Source of the DNA: Candidatus Nosocomiicoccus stercorigallinarum
Lineage (GTDB): Bacteria; Bacillota; Bacilli; Staphylococcales; Salinicoccaceae
Length of the DNA: 64,000 bases
Direction of reading: 5' to 3'
Assembly (NCBI GenBank): GCA_019119225.1
Contig: DWXM01000017.1
Location: forward strand, 22,165-86,164
Position 1 is the stretch's first letter. The number at the start of each line of letters is the position of its first letter. The notes beneath the pieces were generated by a model. That model worked only from the letters and a program-made list of their open reading frames with translations, was not told the origin of the DNA and made no database searches. Position numbers and translations under genes: made by a program. Shown one piece after another: positions 53,728 through 64,000 of this stretch.

Positions 53728-53756
53728 AAAAAGGAAAGCGTTTCGCTTTCCTTTTT
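53727..53756. terminator. Bidirectional terminator between brxA and the convergent small ORF
   Basis: AAAAAAGGAAAGCG-ttt-CGCTTTCCTTTTT. Confidence 0.9.
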
Positions 53757-53772
53757 AGTCTATTAATTAGTA

Positions 53773-53844
53773 TTATTCGTAAATGCACATCGAAATCATG
53801 TAAAGTGAGAGTAATACTAATCCAGTAAACATTACTGCTTCCAT
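53773..53844 (-). CDS. Unannotated 23-aa hydrophobic peptide MEAVMFTGLVLLSLYMISMCIYE
   Basis: SD AAGGAG (53853-53858) 8 nt before ATG; TATAAT on - strand at 53885-53890; terminator just downstream. Confidence 0.65.
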   Translation of the reverse strand: MEAVMFTGLVLLSLYMISMCIYE

Positions 53845-53924
53845 TGAGACCACTCCTTCTTTGGAAGTATTTATGATTACTTACATTATATTAAATATAC
53901 AAGATAAAAGAAAGGTGGATTTTT

Positions 53925-54878
53925 ATGAATAGTTTTGACGAAGCTTATCATAACCTGTTAACGCATGTTTTAGACACGGGTATTGAAAAAGATGACCGTA
54001 CAGGTACTGGAACAATTTCTACATTTGGATACCAAATGCGTTTTGATTTAAGTAAAGGTTTCCCGCTTCTTACGACAAAACGTACATCATTTAAACTTAT
54101 CGCCACTGAACTCATCTGGTTTATGAGAGGCGATACAAATATCAAATATTTGCTTCAGTACAACAATAATATTTGGAATGAATGGGCGTTTAAACGTTAT
54201 GTTGAGTCTGAGGATTACAAAGGTCCAGATATGACAGATTTTGGTCGTCGCGCACTCAAAGATGAAGCGTTTAATGAAGTGTATAAAGAAGAAATGGAAA
54301 AATATAAAAAAAGAATTTTAACTGACGACACATTTGCTAAAAAATATGGGGAACTTGGGAACGTATACGGAAAACAGTGGAGAGACTGGGTAGGACCAAA
54401 TGGTGAATCTATCGATCAATTAAAAAATTTAATTGATTCGATTAAGAATAATCCATACTCTAGACGTCATATCATTTCAGCATGGAACCCAGCTGAAATT
54501 GAAACGATGGCATTACCACCTTGTCATACATTATTCCAGTTTTACGTAAATGATGGAAAACTAAGTTTACAACTTTACCAACGTAGTGCTGATGTATTTT
54601 TAGGTGTTCCATTTAATATTGCATCATATAGTTTACTATTAATACTTGTCGCAAGAGAAACTGGTTTAGAAGTGGGAGAATTCGTGCATACGTTTGGTGA
54701 CGTTCACATTTATAAAAACCATATTGATGCGGTTGAAACACAGCTTTCACGTGACGGTTTTAAAGCACCAACAGTTAAAGTTAATACAGATAAATCAATG
54801 TTTGATCTTGAATATGAAGATTTAGAACTTGTAGATTATAAAAGTCATAAAAGTATTAAAGCACCAATCGCAGTGTAA
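53925..54878 (+). CDS. thyA: Thymidylate synthase
   Basis: [28 protein letters not shown]. Confidence 0.98.
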   Translation: MNSFDEAYHNLLTHVLDTGIEKDDRTGTGTISTFGYQMRFDLSKGFPLLTTKRTSFKLIATELIWFMRGDTNIKYLLQYNNNIWNEWAFKRYVESEDYKGPDMTDFGRRALKDEAFNEVYKEEMEKYKKRILTDDTFAKKYGELGNVYGKQWRDWVGPNGESIDQLKNLIDSIKNNPYSRRHIISAWNPAEIETMALPPCHTLFQFYVNDGKLSLQLYQRSADVFLGVPFNIASYSLLLILVARETGLEVGEFVHTFGDVHIYKNHIDAVETQLSRDGFKAPTVKVNTDKSMFDLEYEDLELVDYKSHKSIKAPIAV

Positions 54879-54890
54879 AGGAGAAAAATT

Positions 54891-55379
54891 ATGTTATCTT
54901 TAATCGTAGCATACGCGAATCAAAACGTGATTGGGTTTAAAGGTGATATGCCCTGGAAACTCCCACACGATTTAAAACGTGTTAAAGAAATTACGACAGG
55001 CCATACTATCGTCATGGGCCGTTCAACTTATGAATCACTTGGTAAACCACTACCAAATAGAAAAAATGTTGTTTTAACTTCTCAAAATATTGAGGACGAT
55101 GGAATAGAAATTATTAGAAGCCTCGAAGAAATTAAAGACTTAGAAGGTAAAGTGTTTATATTTGGTGGAAGTAAGTTGTACCACGCAATGATTGACGAGG
55201 TCGATGAAATGTATATTACTGAAATATATGAAGATTTTATTGGTGACACATTCTTCCCTGAATATAATAAAAACGACTTTGAAATCATATCTAAAGAAGA
55301 CTTTGATGTGTCTGAGGATGTTAACTATCCATATTCATATTTACACATCATAAGAAAAGAAGATCGTTATGAATCGTAA
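54891..55379 (+). CDS. folA: Dihydrofolate reductase
   Basis: MPWKLPHDL, VMGRST, PLPNRKN, GDTFFP. Confidence 0.96.
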   Translation: MLSLIVAYANQNVIGFKGDMPWKLPHDLKRVKEITTGHTIVMGRSTYESLGKPLPNRKNVVLTSQNIEDDGIEIIRSLEEIKDLEGKVFIFGGSKLYHAMIDEVDEMYITEIYEDFIGDTFFPEYNKNDFEIISKEDFDVSEDVNYPYSYLHIIRKEDRYES

Positions 55380-55923
55380 TATATGGAAAATACTGTTTTT
55401 AGTATTACTCTCAATAAATTTAATCATAATATTAACTATTGGCTATAAAATTTTAACAGCACCGAGTTATGATAATTTTACTGAAAAATCAAACCAAACT
55501 CACACGTCACCAGTTCAAGTCGTTGCGAATAATGAGACGATAGAACACGCGATTAACGAAGAAATTGACGATAACATGTACGTCAATATTAATGAGGACG
55601 GTATCACTATAGAAACAGGATACCAGGTACTAAAACTAGATATCCCTGTAAAAATCTCAATAGAACCACTTGTAAAAGACGATAAAATTATTCTACAATT
55701 AAAAGATATAGACGTTGCTTCATTATCAATTAGTATGGACATGCTCTACGATACACTTAAAGATCATGTAGAGCTTGGTGAAGGAATGACGTTTAGCGAT
55801 GATTCAGCTGAAATTATTATCGACTCAAAAGTATTTAAAGATCAGCTCGAATACGACGTTACAATCGATGAAATTGATTATAAAAATGATAAATGGTACT
55901 TCTCAGTCGATGGGGTACTCTAA
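55369..55923 (+). CDS. YpmS-like (DUF2140) membrane-anchored protein
   Basis: WKILFLVLLSIN N-terminus; synteny upstream of msrA. Confidence 0.7.
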   Translation: MNRNIWKILFLVLLSINLIIILTIGYKILTAPSYDNFTEKSNQTHTSPVQVVANNETIEHAINEEIDDNMYVNINEDGITIETGYQVLKLDIPVKISIEPLVKDDKIILQLKDIDVASLSISMDMLYDTLKDHVELGEGMTFSDDSAEIIIDSKVFKDQLEYDVTIDEIDYKNDKWYFSVDGVL

Positions 55924-55936
55924 GGGAGTGCAATAG

Positions 55937-56458
55937 ATGGCAAAAGCAACTTTAGCAGGCGGATGTTTTTGGTGCCTCGTTAAACCATTTGACCAATATG
56001 ACGGTGTGAATAGTGTCATTAGTGGATACTCAAATGGACATAAAGAAAATCCGACTTATGAAGAAGTTGGATCAGGTACAACAGGACACACTGAAGCCGT
56101 TCAAATTGATTTTAATCCAGAAGTTATTTCTTATAACGAAATTTTAGAAGTTTTCTTCAAAACATTTGACCCAACTGATAACGACGGTCAATTTGGTGAT
56201 AGAGGATCAATGTATATGCCTGCAGTTTTTTACCATGATAATGAACAAAAAGAAGCTGCAGAAGAATATATTAAAGAATTAAATGACAAAAAAGTATTTA
56301 AAGATCCAGTAATCACACCTGTATTACCTTTTAAAAACTTCTATGAAGCTGAAGATTATCACCAAGATTTTTATAAGAAAAATAGCGCACATTATAATGC
56401 ATTTTATAAAGGATCTGGTCGTAAAGGATTCATTGAAGAACATTGGAGTGAAAATTAA
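55937..56458 (+). CDS. msrA: Peptide methionine (S)-sulfoxide reductase
   Basis: [18 protein letters not shown]. Confidence 0.97.
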   Translation: MAKATLAGGCFWCLVKPFDQYDGVNSVISGYSNGHKENPTYEEVGSGTTGHTEAVQIDFNPEVISYNEILEVFFKTFDPTDNDGQFGDRGSMYMPAVFYHDNEQKEAAEEYIKELNDKKVFKDPVITPVLPFKNFYEAEDYHQDFYKKNSAHYNAFYKGSGRKGFIEEHWSEN

Positions 56459-56877
56459 TGAATAGAAATGTTTCAGAACTTAATGAAATGGAATATCATG
56501 TTATGAAAGAAAATGGCACAGAACCTCCATTTCAAAATGAATATGATCAACATAATGAAGTAGGAATTTATGTCGATAAATTATCTGGTCAAGCACTATT
56601 TAGCTCGACTGATAAATATGATGCTGGATGCGGTTGGCCATCTTTTACTAGAACGATCGACGAGTCAGTGTCTGAACACTTTGATGATTCATTTGGCATG
56701 CGCAGAATTGAAGTTCGTAGTGACAGTTCGGATTCACATTTAGGACACGTATTTAATGACGGACCAGTCGAAGCCGGTGGAATGAGATACTGTATTAATT
56801 CAGCTGCACTTAATTTTATTCCTAAAGAAGATTTAGAAGGTACAGAATACGAAAAGTACTTAACATTATTTGAGTGA
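56458..56877 (+). CDS. msrB: Peptide methionine (R)-sulfoxide reductase
   Basis: GTEPPF, GCGWPSF, HLGHVF, RYCINS. Confidence 0.97.
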   Translation: MNRNVSELNEMEYHVMKENGTEPPFQNEYDQHNEVGIYVDKLSGQALFSSTDKYDAGCGWPSFTRTIDESVSEHFDDSFGMRRIEVRSDSSDSHLGHVFNDGPVEAGGMRYCINSAALNFIPKEDLEGTEYEKYLTLFE

Positions 56878-56881
56878 TTTT

Positions 56882-57103
56882 ATGAAAAGTTATTCATTTT
56901 ATCAATTTTTAAAAACGAAAACTGGAGAAAAGAGTGACAACGGATTATTTTCAATTCAAGCTGTAAATGATCCACAATTTCCAATATTTTCAACAGATTA
57001 TGATGAAATATCAGATTATCTAGAGAAAACACCTTATGACGGTGTTTCTCTGGATACATATGATACGCTATTTGAAGAATATAAAAACTGGTTAAATTAT
57101 TAG
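56882..57103 (+). CDS. YozE family protein
   Basis: [21 protein letters not shown]. Confidence 0.85.
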   Translation: MKSYSFYQFLKTKTGEKSDNGLFSIQAVNDPQFPIFSTDYDEISDYLEKTPYDGVSLDTYDTLFEEYKNWLNY

Positions 57104-57113
57104 GAGGAAAATA

Positions 57114-57824
57114 ATGAGTATTCATATTGGAGCAGAACAAGGTGCGATTGCAGAAACGATTTTATTACCAGGAGACCCGTTACGTGCAAAATATATTGCA
57201 GAGACTTTTTTAGAAGATGTGACTCAGTTTAACGAAGTAAGAAATATGTTTGGATTTACTGGAACATACAAAGGAAAAAGAATCTCTGTAATGGGAACAG
57301 GTATGGGAGTTCCATCAATTTCTATTTATGTACATGAATTAATGCGTGATTATGGTGTGAAAAACTTAATTCGTGTTGGAACTTGCGGAGCAATTAAAAA
57401 AGATATTAAAGTACGTGATTTAATTATCGCACAAAGTGCATCAACAGATTCTAGTCAAAATGTAAAATTATTTGACGGCATTAGCTATGCACCAACTTCT
57501 GACTTTGAATTACTGTCTTCAGCATATAACGAAGCGACAAAACGTGGTGCACGCGCAGTAGTTGGTAACGTATTTACTGCAGATTCATTCTACGATGAAA
57601 AAGGTAACATCGAACAACTCGCTGAGTACGGTGTGCTTGCTCTAGAGATGGAATCAAGTGCTTTATTTACAATTGCTAAAAAATATGACGCTAAAGCATT
57701 AAGTATTTTAACAGTATCTGATCACGTCTTAACTGGAGAAGAAACTTCAGCAATGGAAAGACAAACATCATTTAACGAAATGATTGAAATAGCATTAGAC
57801 GCAGCATTACCTTTTGCTGAGTAA
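57114..57824 (+). CDS. deoD: Purine nucleoside phosphorylase, DeoD type
   Basis: [26 protein letters not shown]. Confidence 0.96.
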   Translation: MSIHIGAEQGAIAETILLPGDPLRAKYIAETFLEDVTQFNEVRNMFGFTGTYKGKRISVMGTGMGVPSISIYVHELMRDYGVKNLIRVGTCGAIKKDIKVRDLIIAQSASTDSSQNVKLFDGISYAPTSDFELLSSAYNEATKRGARAVVGNVFTADSFYDEKGNIEQLAEYGVLALEMESSALFTIAKKYDAKALSILTVSDHVLTGEETSAMERQTSFNEMIEIALDAALPFAE

Positions 57825-57850
57825 TTTTTAATTAGAAAATAGGTGAAGTT

Positions 57851-59398
57851 GTGAATAACGAAGATCCAAAGAATAGTCGTTTAAAGATAAATTTAAATAT
57901 ATTTTGGTTTATTATTATTTTACTAACGACAATTTTCATTACGACAATTATTACTGCTTTAAGTCTAAACGGCAATACTGAGCGTGCTGTAAACGTTGGT
58001 ACTGATACACGTCAAGAATTTGCAAAACTATATAACGTATATGATACGTTATCTAAAGAATATTACACAGATGTCGATAAAGACGAATTAATCGAATCAT
58101 CTATTAAAGGAATGGTCGAAGGTTTGAACGACCCATATAGCGAATATATGCTACCAGAACAAACCGAAGAGTTTGAAGAGTCGATTACTGGAGACTTCCA
58201 TGGTATCGGCGCAGAACTCATGCAAGATGATCGATCGATTATCATCTCAAGTCCAATGAAAGGTTCTCCAGCAGAAGATGCTGGACTACAATCTGGAGAT
58301 AAAATTATTAAAATCGATGAAGAATCAACTCAAGATTTTACAACGCAAGATGCTGTAAAAAGAATTCGTGGTGAAAAAGGAACTGATGTGACGTTAACAA
58401 TTCAGCGTGGGTCTGATAAGCCGTTTAACGTGACGATTACTCGTGACAAAATTCATGTTGATAGTGTCACTTCAGAAATTAAAGATAACGTCGCACATAT
58501 TAGTGTGAATAGGTTCCAACAAGAAACCGCAAATGAACTTAAAAATGCTTTAGAAGAAGCAAAAGATAAAGAAGTAGAAGATATTATTTTAGACTTCCGC
58601 TCAAATCCAGGAGGCCTCTTAAATGAAGCTGTCGATATGATTAACTTCTTTGTCAATAAAGGTAAGTTAGTTCTTTACTTAGAAAACAAGTTTGGTGACC
58701 GTGAAAAAGTGATCGCTGAAAATGATCAAATCATTAGAGAAGATGATTTTGACAATATCTATATTCTTCTAAACGAAGGTTCTGCGAGTGCAAGTGAAGT
58801 ATTTGCTGGTGCAATGAGAGATTTAACTGATGCGGAAATCATCGGTACAAAATCATTTGGTAAAGGTATCGTCCAGCGTTCAAGTGAATTTAAAGATAAT
58901 TCACTCGTAAAATATACAAATACGAAATGGTTAACACCAAATGGTGAGTGGATTCATGAAAAAGGTCTTGAACCAGATTTCGTCATTAACACTCCAGATT
59001 TTTATAGAGTGAAATTTTTAGATAGTGAAGATGCTTATATCGAATCACAAAGTAATGATGACATAATCTCTATTAAAGTTATGTTAGATGCACTCGGATA
59101 TGATGTAGATACAATTGACAATAATTTTGATAGTAATTTAACTGATGTTGTTCAACAGTATCAAAATGATAAAGATTTAGAGTCTAACGGAATTGTCACA
59201 GGTGATACGACAGAACAGTTAATGAAAGACATTCGTGAACATATAAAAGAAAACGATGTTCAATTAGAATATTTACTCGACTATATAGAAGGTAAAAAAT
59301 CTAAAGAAGAAATTACAAAAGAAATGAATGAAAACTCTAAATATATTCCTGTCGATGAATCTCGTAAAAGAGAATTAGATGAAGACGGAGAAGAATAA
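57851..59398 (+). CDS. ctpA: Carboxy-terminal processing protease (S41) with PDZ and PG-binding domain
   Basis: DPYS, GIGA, DFRSNPGG, SASASE, FGKG. Confidence 0.92.
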   Translation: MNNEDPKNSRLKINLNIFWFIIILLTTIFITTIITALSLNGNTERAVNVGTDTRQEFAKLYNVYDTLSKEYYTDVDKDELIESSIKGMVEGLNDPYSEYMLPEQTEEFEESITGDFHGIGAELMQDDRSIIISSPMKGSPAEDAGLQSGDKIIKIDEESTQDFTTQDAVKRIRGEKGTDVTLTIQRGSDKPFNVTITRDKIHVDSVTSEIKDNVAHISVNRFQQETANELKNALEEAKDKEVEDIILDFRSNPGGLLNEAVDMINFFVNKGKLVLYLENKFGDREKVIAENDQIIREDDFDNIYILLNEGSASASEVFAGAMRDLTDAEIIGTKSFGKGIVQRSSEFKDNSLVKYTNTKWLTPNGEWIHEKGLEPDFVINTPDFYRVKFLDSEDAYIESQSNDDIISIKVMLDALGYDVDTIDNNFDSNLTDVVQQYQNDKDLESNGIVTGDTTEQLMKDIREHIKENDVQLEYLLDYIEGKKSKEEITKEMNENSKYIPVDESRKRELDEDGEE

Positions 59399-59402
59399 TT
59401 CA

Positions 59403-59435
59403 GTTAAACACCGTGCATTATGCATGGTGTTTAAC
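59403..59435 (+). terminator. Hairpin after ctpA
   Basis: GTTAAACACCGTGCA-tta-TGCATGGTGTTTAAC; no clear U-tail. Confidence 0.65.
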
Positions 59436-59460
59436 ATTGTGATTAGAAAAGAGGATACAT

Positions 59461-60528
59461 ATGAAAGAAAAAAATGATGTCGTCGTACTGACTGGTGGTG
59501 GAACAGTCGGACACGTCATGTTAAACAAATTACTTATCCCTGAATTACTCAATGAAGACATTAAGCCGTATTATATTGGATCTAAAACTGGGATTGAAAA
59601 AGAAATTATAGAAAGTTCTGGAATTGAATATCACAGTATATCAAGTGGTAAATTACGACGATATATTTCATTTGAAAACTTTAAAGATATCTTTAAAGTG
59701 ACTAAAGGTATATTTGACGCGAGAAGAATGCTAAGAAAATTAAAACCAAGACTTGTGTTTTCTAAAGGTGGTTTTGTCTCTGTACCTGTTGTCTTAGCAG
59801 CAAAAAGTTTAAATATCCCTGTTTACATCCACGAATCAGATATTTCTCCAGGTCTTGCCAATAAAATTGCAGGAAAATTTGCGACAAAAATATTTGTCAC
59901 ATTCGAAAAAACATTAAATTATGTTGATAAGAATAAAGCTGAATATATAGGTCCGGTAATCCGTGAAGAGCTTTTACATGGTAGTGAAACAATCGCACAA
60001 GATATTACTGGTTTCGACTCAAGTAAAAAAACTATTATGTTTGTCGGTGGAAGTTTAGGTGCTAAATCTATTAACGATATTGTCCATGAAAATATCGATG
60101 AATTAACAAAAGACTTTCAAGTCATTCACATTACAGGTGCTGGTAATATTAAAGATGATTTACAATCAGAAAATTATAGACAATATGAATTTGTTCAACA
60201 TGAATTACCACATCTTTTTAAAATGTCAGATGTTGTGATTTCTAGAAGTGGATCAAATGCTATTTATGAGTTACTTCTGCTTAAAAAACCGATGCTCTTA
60301 ATTCCTTTACCGTTATCACAAAGCCGAGGCGATCAAATAGAAAATGCACATTATTTTAAAAGTAAAGGATATGCAGAAGTCATCGAAGAAGAAGAATTAA
60401 CTCCGAAAAAAATGATTGATTTTATTAAAAAAATCGCAAATAATAAAACGGAATACATTAAACAAATGGAGCAATTTAAATCTGGTACAACAGCAAAACG
60501 TTTAACTGAAAAACTATTAGAGGAGTAA
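59461..60528 (+). CDS. murG: Lipid I GlcNAc transferase MurG
   Basis: TGGGTVGHV, KGGFVS, HESD, GGSLGA, DQIENA. Confidence 0.96.
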   Translation: MKEKNDVVVLTGGGTVGHVMLNKLLIPELLNEDIKPYYIGSKTGIEKEIIESSGIEYHSISSGKLRRYISFENFKDIFKVTKGIFDARRMLRKLKPRLVFSKGGFVSVPVVLAAKSLNIPVYIHESDISPGLANKIAGKFATKIFVTFEKTLNYVDKNKAEYIGPVIREELLHGSETIAQDITGFDSSKKTIMFVGGSLGAKSINDIVHENIDELTKDFQVIHITGAGNIKDDLQSENYRQYEFVQHELPHLFKMSDVVISRSGSNAIYELLLLKKPMLLIPLPLSQSRGDQIENAHYFKSKGYAEVIEEEELTPKKMIDFIKKIANNKTEYIKQMEQFKSGTTAKRLTEKLLEE

Positions 60529-60533
60529 TTGTT

Positions 60534-61151
60534 ATGAGTCGTTCAAAGAAAATATCATTATTCATTGTATTTACTCTTATTTTTGGTGTTATTGCTGTTT
60601 TTCATGAGTCACGTATTGGGAAATTTATCGACCGAGAAGTCTATGAATTTATATATGCTTCTGAAAGTTTTTTAACAACGGCTCTATTTTTAGGATTCAC
60701 GCAACTCGGTGAAGTGATTTCAATGATTATTCTATCACTCATCGTCATTGCAATTTTACTCCTATATCGAATGAATATTCATGCATTATTTATGGTCGTT
60801 TCAATGCTTGCATCAAGTATATTAATACCGATACTGAAACATTCATTCGACAGAGAACGTCCAGCTTTTTTAAGACTTATTGAGATTAGCGGATTCAGTT
60901 TTCCGAGTGGACATAGTTTAGGTTCTACTATCTTTTTTGGTAGTTTAATGGTTATAATTAAGCATACAAACTTAAACCATAAAGCAGTGCTATATGCAAT
61001 TTGTGCGGTTTTCATCTTGTTAATTTGTTCGTCAAGAGTTTACCTCGGAGTACATTTCCCAACGGATGTATTAGCAGGCATTGCAATTGGTAGCGCAACA
61101 GTCGCACTAGTATCTTGGCTATTTCATGGTAAGTTTAATGATATAAAATAA
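60534..61151 (+). CDS. PAP2-family membrane phosphatase
   Basis: K..F.RERP, FSFPSGH, SRVYLGVHFPTDV. Confidence 0.92.
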   Translation: MSRSKKISLFIVFTLIFGVIAVFHESRIGKFIDREVYEFIYASESFLTTALFLGFTQLGEVISMIILSLIVIAILLLYRMNIHALFMVVSMLASSILIPILKHSFDRERPAFLRLIEISGFSFPSGHSLGSTIFFGSLMVIIKHTNLNHKAVLYAICAVFILLICSSRVYLGVHFPTDVLAGIAIGSATVALVSWLFHGKFNDIK

Positions 61152-61162
61152 CGAAAAAGAAG

Positions 61163-61795
61163 GTGGATCTATTGATTACTCATTTATATGAATCAATTAC
61201 GCTTGAAAATGACCGTATTAAGTTGATACCGATGCAACTATCACACGCTAAAGAACTTCAAAAAGTAAATCATGAAAGTATATGGACTTATATGTTATTT
61301 CAAGCCGTCACAGAAGATGAAATGACTGAATGGGTATCAACCGCAATAGATTCACGCAATAAAATGCAAGCAATCCCTTTTGTCGTCGTCCTAAAATCAA
61401 CAGATGAGGTACTCGGTAGTACAAGAATTCAACATATTGATTATGAAAGACAAAGTTGTGAAATTGGTGCAACATGGTTTGGAACAAGTGCACAGCGTAC
61501 ATTTGTAAATTCCGACTCAAAATTTTTACTCTTAGAATTTTGTTTTGAAATCATGCATATGATGCGTGTTCAAATTCGAGCAGACGAAAGAAATGTCAGA
61601 TCGAATAAAGCGATTGAACGATTAGGATTTACCAAAGAGGGCGTACTAAGAAAAGAACGCGCACTTCATGGAATACCACGTAATTTAGTTGTTTACTCAA
61701 TTATTGACGATGAATGGCCTGAAGTGAAACAGAATTTATTAATTAAGCAACAAAGTTATAGTAACGATACTCCAGGAAAAGTTTCAGGGAATTAA
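61163..61795 (+). CDS. GNAT (RimJ/RimL-like) acetyltransferase
   Basis: EIGATW, N.RSNKAIERLGFTKEGVLR. Confidence 0.88.
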   Translation: MDLLITHLYESITLENDRIKLIPMQLSHAKELQKVNHESIWTYMLFQAVTEDEMTEWVSTAIDSRNKMQAIPFVVVLKSTDEVLGSTRIQHIDYERQSCEIGATWFGTSAQRTFVNSDSKFLLLEFCFEIMHMMRVQIRADERNVRSNKAIERLGFTKEGVLRKERALHGIPRNLVVYSIIDDEWPEVKQNLLIKQQSYSNDTPGKVSGN

Positions 61796-61800
61796 CAAAA

Positions 61801-61838
61801 CGCCTATTAAAGTTTTTACTTTAATAGGCGTATTTTTT
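61801..61838 (+). terminator. Intrinsic terminator after the GNAT gene
   Basis: CGCCTATTAAAGT-tttt-ACTTTAATAGGCG followed by T-run. Confidence 0.88.
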
Positions 61839-61876
61839 ATAATGATTTTAACTATTGTTTATTTTGAGGTGGAGAA

Positions 61877-62548
61877 ATGCCAAACATATTAATTATTGAA
61901 GACGAGCAGAACTTAGCACGGTTTTTAGAACTTGAACTTAAACATGAAGGCTATGATGTCACCGTAAAGACTGATGGCTTAAACGGGTTAGAAAAAGCTT
62001 TAGATGAAGATTTTGATTGTATATTGCTTGATTTAATGCTTCCAGGGTTAAATGGTCTCGAAGTGTGTAGAAAAATTAGAAGAGAAAAAGAAACCCCAAT
62101 TATTATGATTACAGCTAAAGATGCAACGTATGATAAAGTCATTGGATTAGACTACGGCGCAGATGATTACATTGTTAAGCCGTTTGAAATTGAAGAACTA
62201 CTCGCACGCTTAAGAGTAATTATTAGAAGACATTCATCAAGTAGTTTATCAAACACGATAGAAACTCATGGTATTACAGTCGATTTATCTGCATATAAAG
62301 TAATTATTGAGAATACCGAAGTTGATTTAACAAAAACTGAATTTGAACTACTTAAATTACTTATAGAAAATGAAAATGTCGTATTAAGAAGAGAGATAAT
62401 TTTAGATAAAATATGGGGGTATGATAACGAAGTTGAAACAAACGTCGTTGACGTCTATATTCGCTATCTAAGAAATAAGTTAAAACCATTTAAACTTGAA
62501 AAAATCATTGAAACTGTAAGAGGTGTTGGTTACGTGATTAGATCATGA
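61877..62548 (+). CDS. arlR: Response regulator ArlR
   Basis: [30 protein letters not shown]; staphylococcal synteny. Confidence 0.92.
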   Translation: MPNILIIEDEQNLARFLELELKHEGYDVTVKTDGLNGLEKALDEDFDCILLDLMLPGLNGLEVCRKIRREKETPIIMITAKDATYDKVIGLDYGADDYIVKPFEIEELLARLRVIIRRHSSSSLSNTIETHGITVDLSAYKVIIENTEVDLTKTEFELLKLLIENENVVLRREIILDKIWGYDNEVETNVVDVYIRYLRNKLKPFKLEKIIETVRGVGYVIRS

Positions 62549-63897
62549 AAACGTCATTAAGAAGTCGCTGGATGCGTCTATCTATTTTAATTATTATCGG
62601 CTCTTTTATTATGTTTAGTGCGTTTTTAATATATGCGACAAGTTTATATTTAAAAGATTTACAGTACCGAGCGCTCGATAGAAGTACTGTAGAACTTAAA
62701 GCTATGTACGAAACGACCGCTTTTAATACGATTAATGAACGTGAAATTTATTCTAACCTCTACGACAACCAAAAATTTGTCCTCTATACAAATAGTGGTG
62801 AGGAAGTGTATCGCTGGCCGAGTAAAGATATGTCTTTTAATATTCCGAGAGAACAAATTATTCATCCAGATATTTACTCTGTAGATTTTGAAGATATGAA
62901 TTACCTCGTACAGACTGTAAAAATTGATTCAGAATACTGGAACGGCTACATCGCGGTCATTCATCCAATGAATGAATATTATACAATTTTACAAATGATT
63001 ATTATCATCGCAACTATTATTGGATTCATGTCAATATCGATTACTCTAGTCATTAGTTACTTTATGGCTGGACAAATGGTACGACCGATTTATAGGTTTA
63101 CTAGACAGCTTCAATATGTTGAAAATAATGGTTTTTCAGAACGTCTTGATTTAAAAACTAATCTTGAAGAAATCGATTATATGGTTTTATCTTTTAATAA
63201 TATGATGGATACGCTCGAAGAGTCTTTTAATCAGCAAAAACAATTCGTAGAAGACGCTTCACACGAACTGCGTACTCCGCTTCAAATCGTTCAAGGCCAT
63301 TTAAATTTAATTAACCGATGGGGAAAAAATGATAAAGCTGTCCTTGAAGAGTCTCTTCAGATATCGATAGACGAAATGGGACGAATAACAAAGCTTATAG
63401 AAGAGTTACTTGAGTTAACAAAAAATGAAAATGAAAAGACAAATATAATTGAACCAATTAATTTAAACGAAGAGATTATTAGTAGAGTAAATGCAATGAA
63501 ACAACTGCATCCAACATATACGTTTACACTAGATTTAGATCAAGCAATTTTTTATCCGATTAGTCAGTATCAATTTGAACAAATTTTAGTCATATTTCTA
63601 GATAATGCAGTAAAGTATGATTATATTAATAAATCGATTCATATTAAATCTAAATTGATGAGTAATAAAATAAAAATAGAAATTAGTGATAAAGGTGTCG
63701 GAATACCTAAAGAAGATGTGAATAAAGTGTTTGATCGCTTTTATCGTGTGGATAAATCAAGAAGTAGAGAACTTGGTGGAAATGGACTTGGATTGTCCAT
63801 TGCGAAAAAAATTATAGAATCAAATGACGGAAATGTATATTTAGAAAGTAAGATAAACGAAGGTACGACAATTCATATTGAATTTCCATTAAAATAG
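62545..63897 (+). CDS. arlS: Sensor histidine kinase ArlS
   Basis: [42 protein letters not shown]. Confidence 0.9.
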   Translation: MKTSLRSRWMRLSILIIIGSFIMFSAFLIYATSLYLKDLQYRALDRSTVELKAMYETTAFNTINEREIYSNLYDNQKFVLYTNSGEEVYRWPSKDMSFNIPREQIIHPDIYSVDFEDMNYLVQTVKIDSEYWNGYIAVIHPMNEYYTILQMIIIIATIIGFMSISITLVISYFMAGQMVRPIYRFTRQLQYVENNGFSERLDLKTNLEEIDYMVLSFNNMMDTLEESFNQQKQFVEDASHELRTPLQIVQGHLNLINRWGKNDKAVLEESLQISIDEMGRITKLIEELLELTKNENEKTNIIEPINLNEEIISRVNAMKQLHPTYTFTLDLDQAIFYPISQYQFEQILVIFLDNAVKYDYINKSIHIKSKLMSNKIKIEISDKGVGIPKEDVNKVFDRFYRVDKSRSRELGGNGLGLSIAKKIIESNDGNVYLESKINEGTTIHIEFPLK

Positions 63898-63993
63898 TTT
63901 TATTACACTCAAAAGGGTGTTAATTTCTTTATAATCAATGCTATAAATGTTAAAATATACACAAGCAATAAATACACAGAAGAGGTGTCTTAA

Positions 63994-64000
63994 ATGAAAG
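63994..64000 (+). CDS. Start of the next gene (odhA/sucA by staphylococcal synteny), only two codons visible
   Basis: AGAGGTG RBS at 63981-63987 followed by ATG AAA G. Confidence 0.3.

Overview
AT-rich core-chromosome segment from a non-sporulating member of the Staphylococcaceae/Salinicoccaceae. It looks like the Jeotgalicoccus/Nosocomiicoccus/Macrococcus type rather than Staphylococcus; this is an inference from gene content. Gene order follows the B. subtilis nudF-fur-xerD-drm-scpAB-rluB-resABCDE-cmk-der-hbs-hep/men-aro-qcr-bshA-cca-birA-dinG-ponA-gpsB-rnpB-dynA block and the S. aureus thyA-msrAB-murG-arlRS block. About 70 housekeeping CDSs are present, nearly all on the + strand, plus RNase P RNA and many intrinsic terminators. 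No mobile element, prophage, CRISPR, rRNA or tRNA was seen. The main finding is that the cvfC/ypgR gene is split by an in-frame A_AAA_AAG slippery heptamer followed immediately by TAG, at the end of its NifU-N domain, with the rest of the protein intact in the -1 frame. This is either a candidate programmed -1 ribosomal frameshift giving two proteins, or a 1-nt homopolymer error or mutation. Other findings are two unannotated small hydrophobic peptide genes (28 aa and 23 aa), a possible 7-codon leader ORF upstream of fur, a ribU gene with no room for a riboswitch that is coupled to resE, and a BirA lacking its DNA-binding domain. All calls come from manual translation and recalled family motifs or synteny; no database searches were run.
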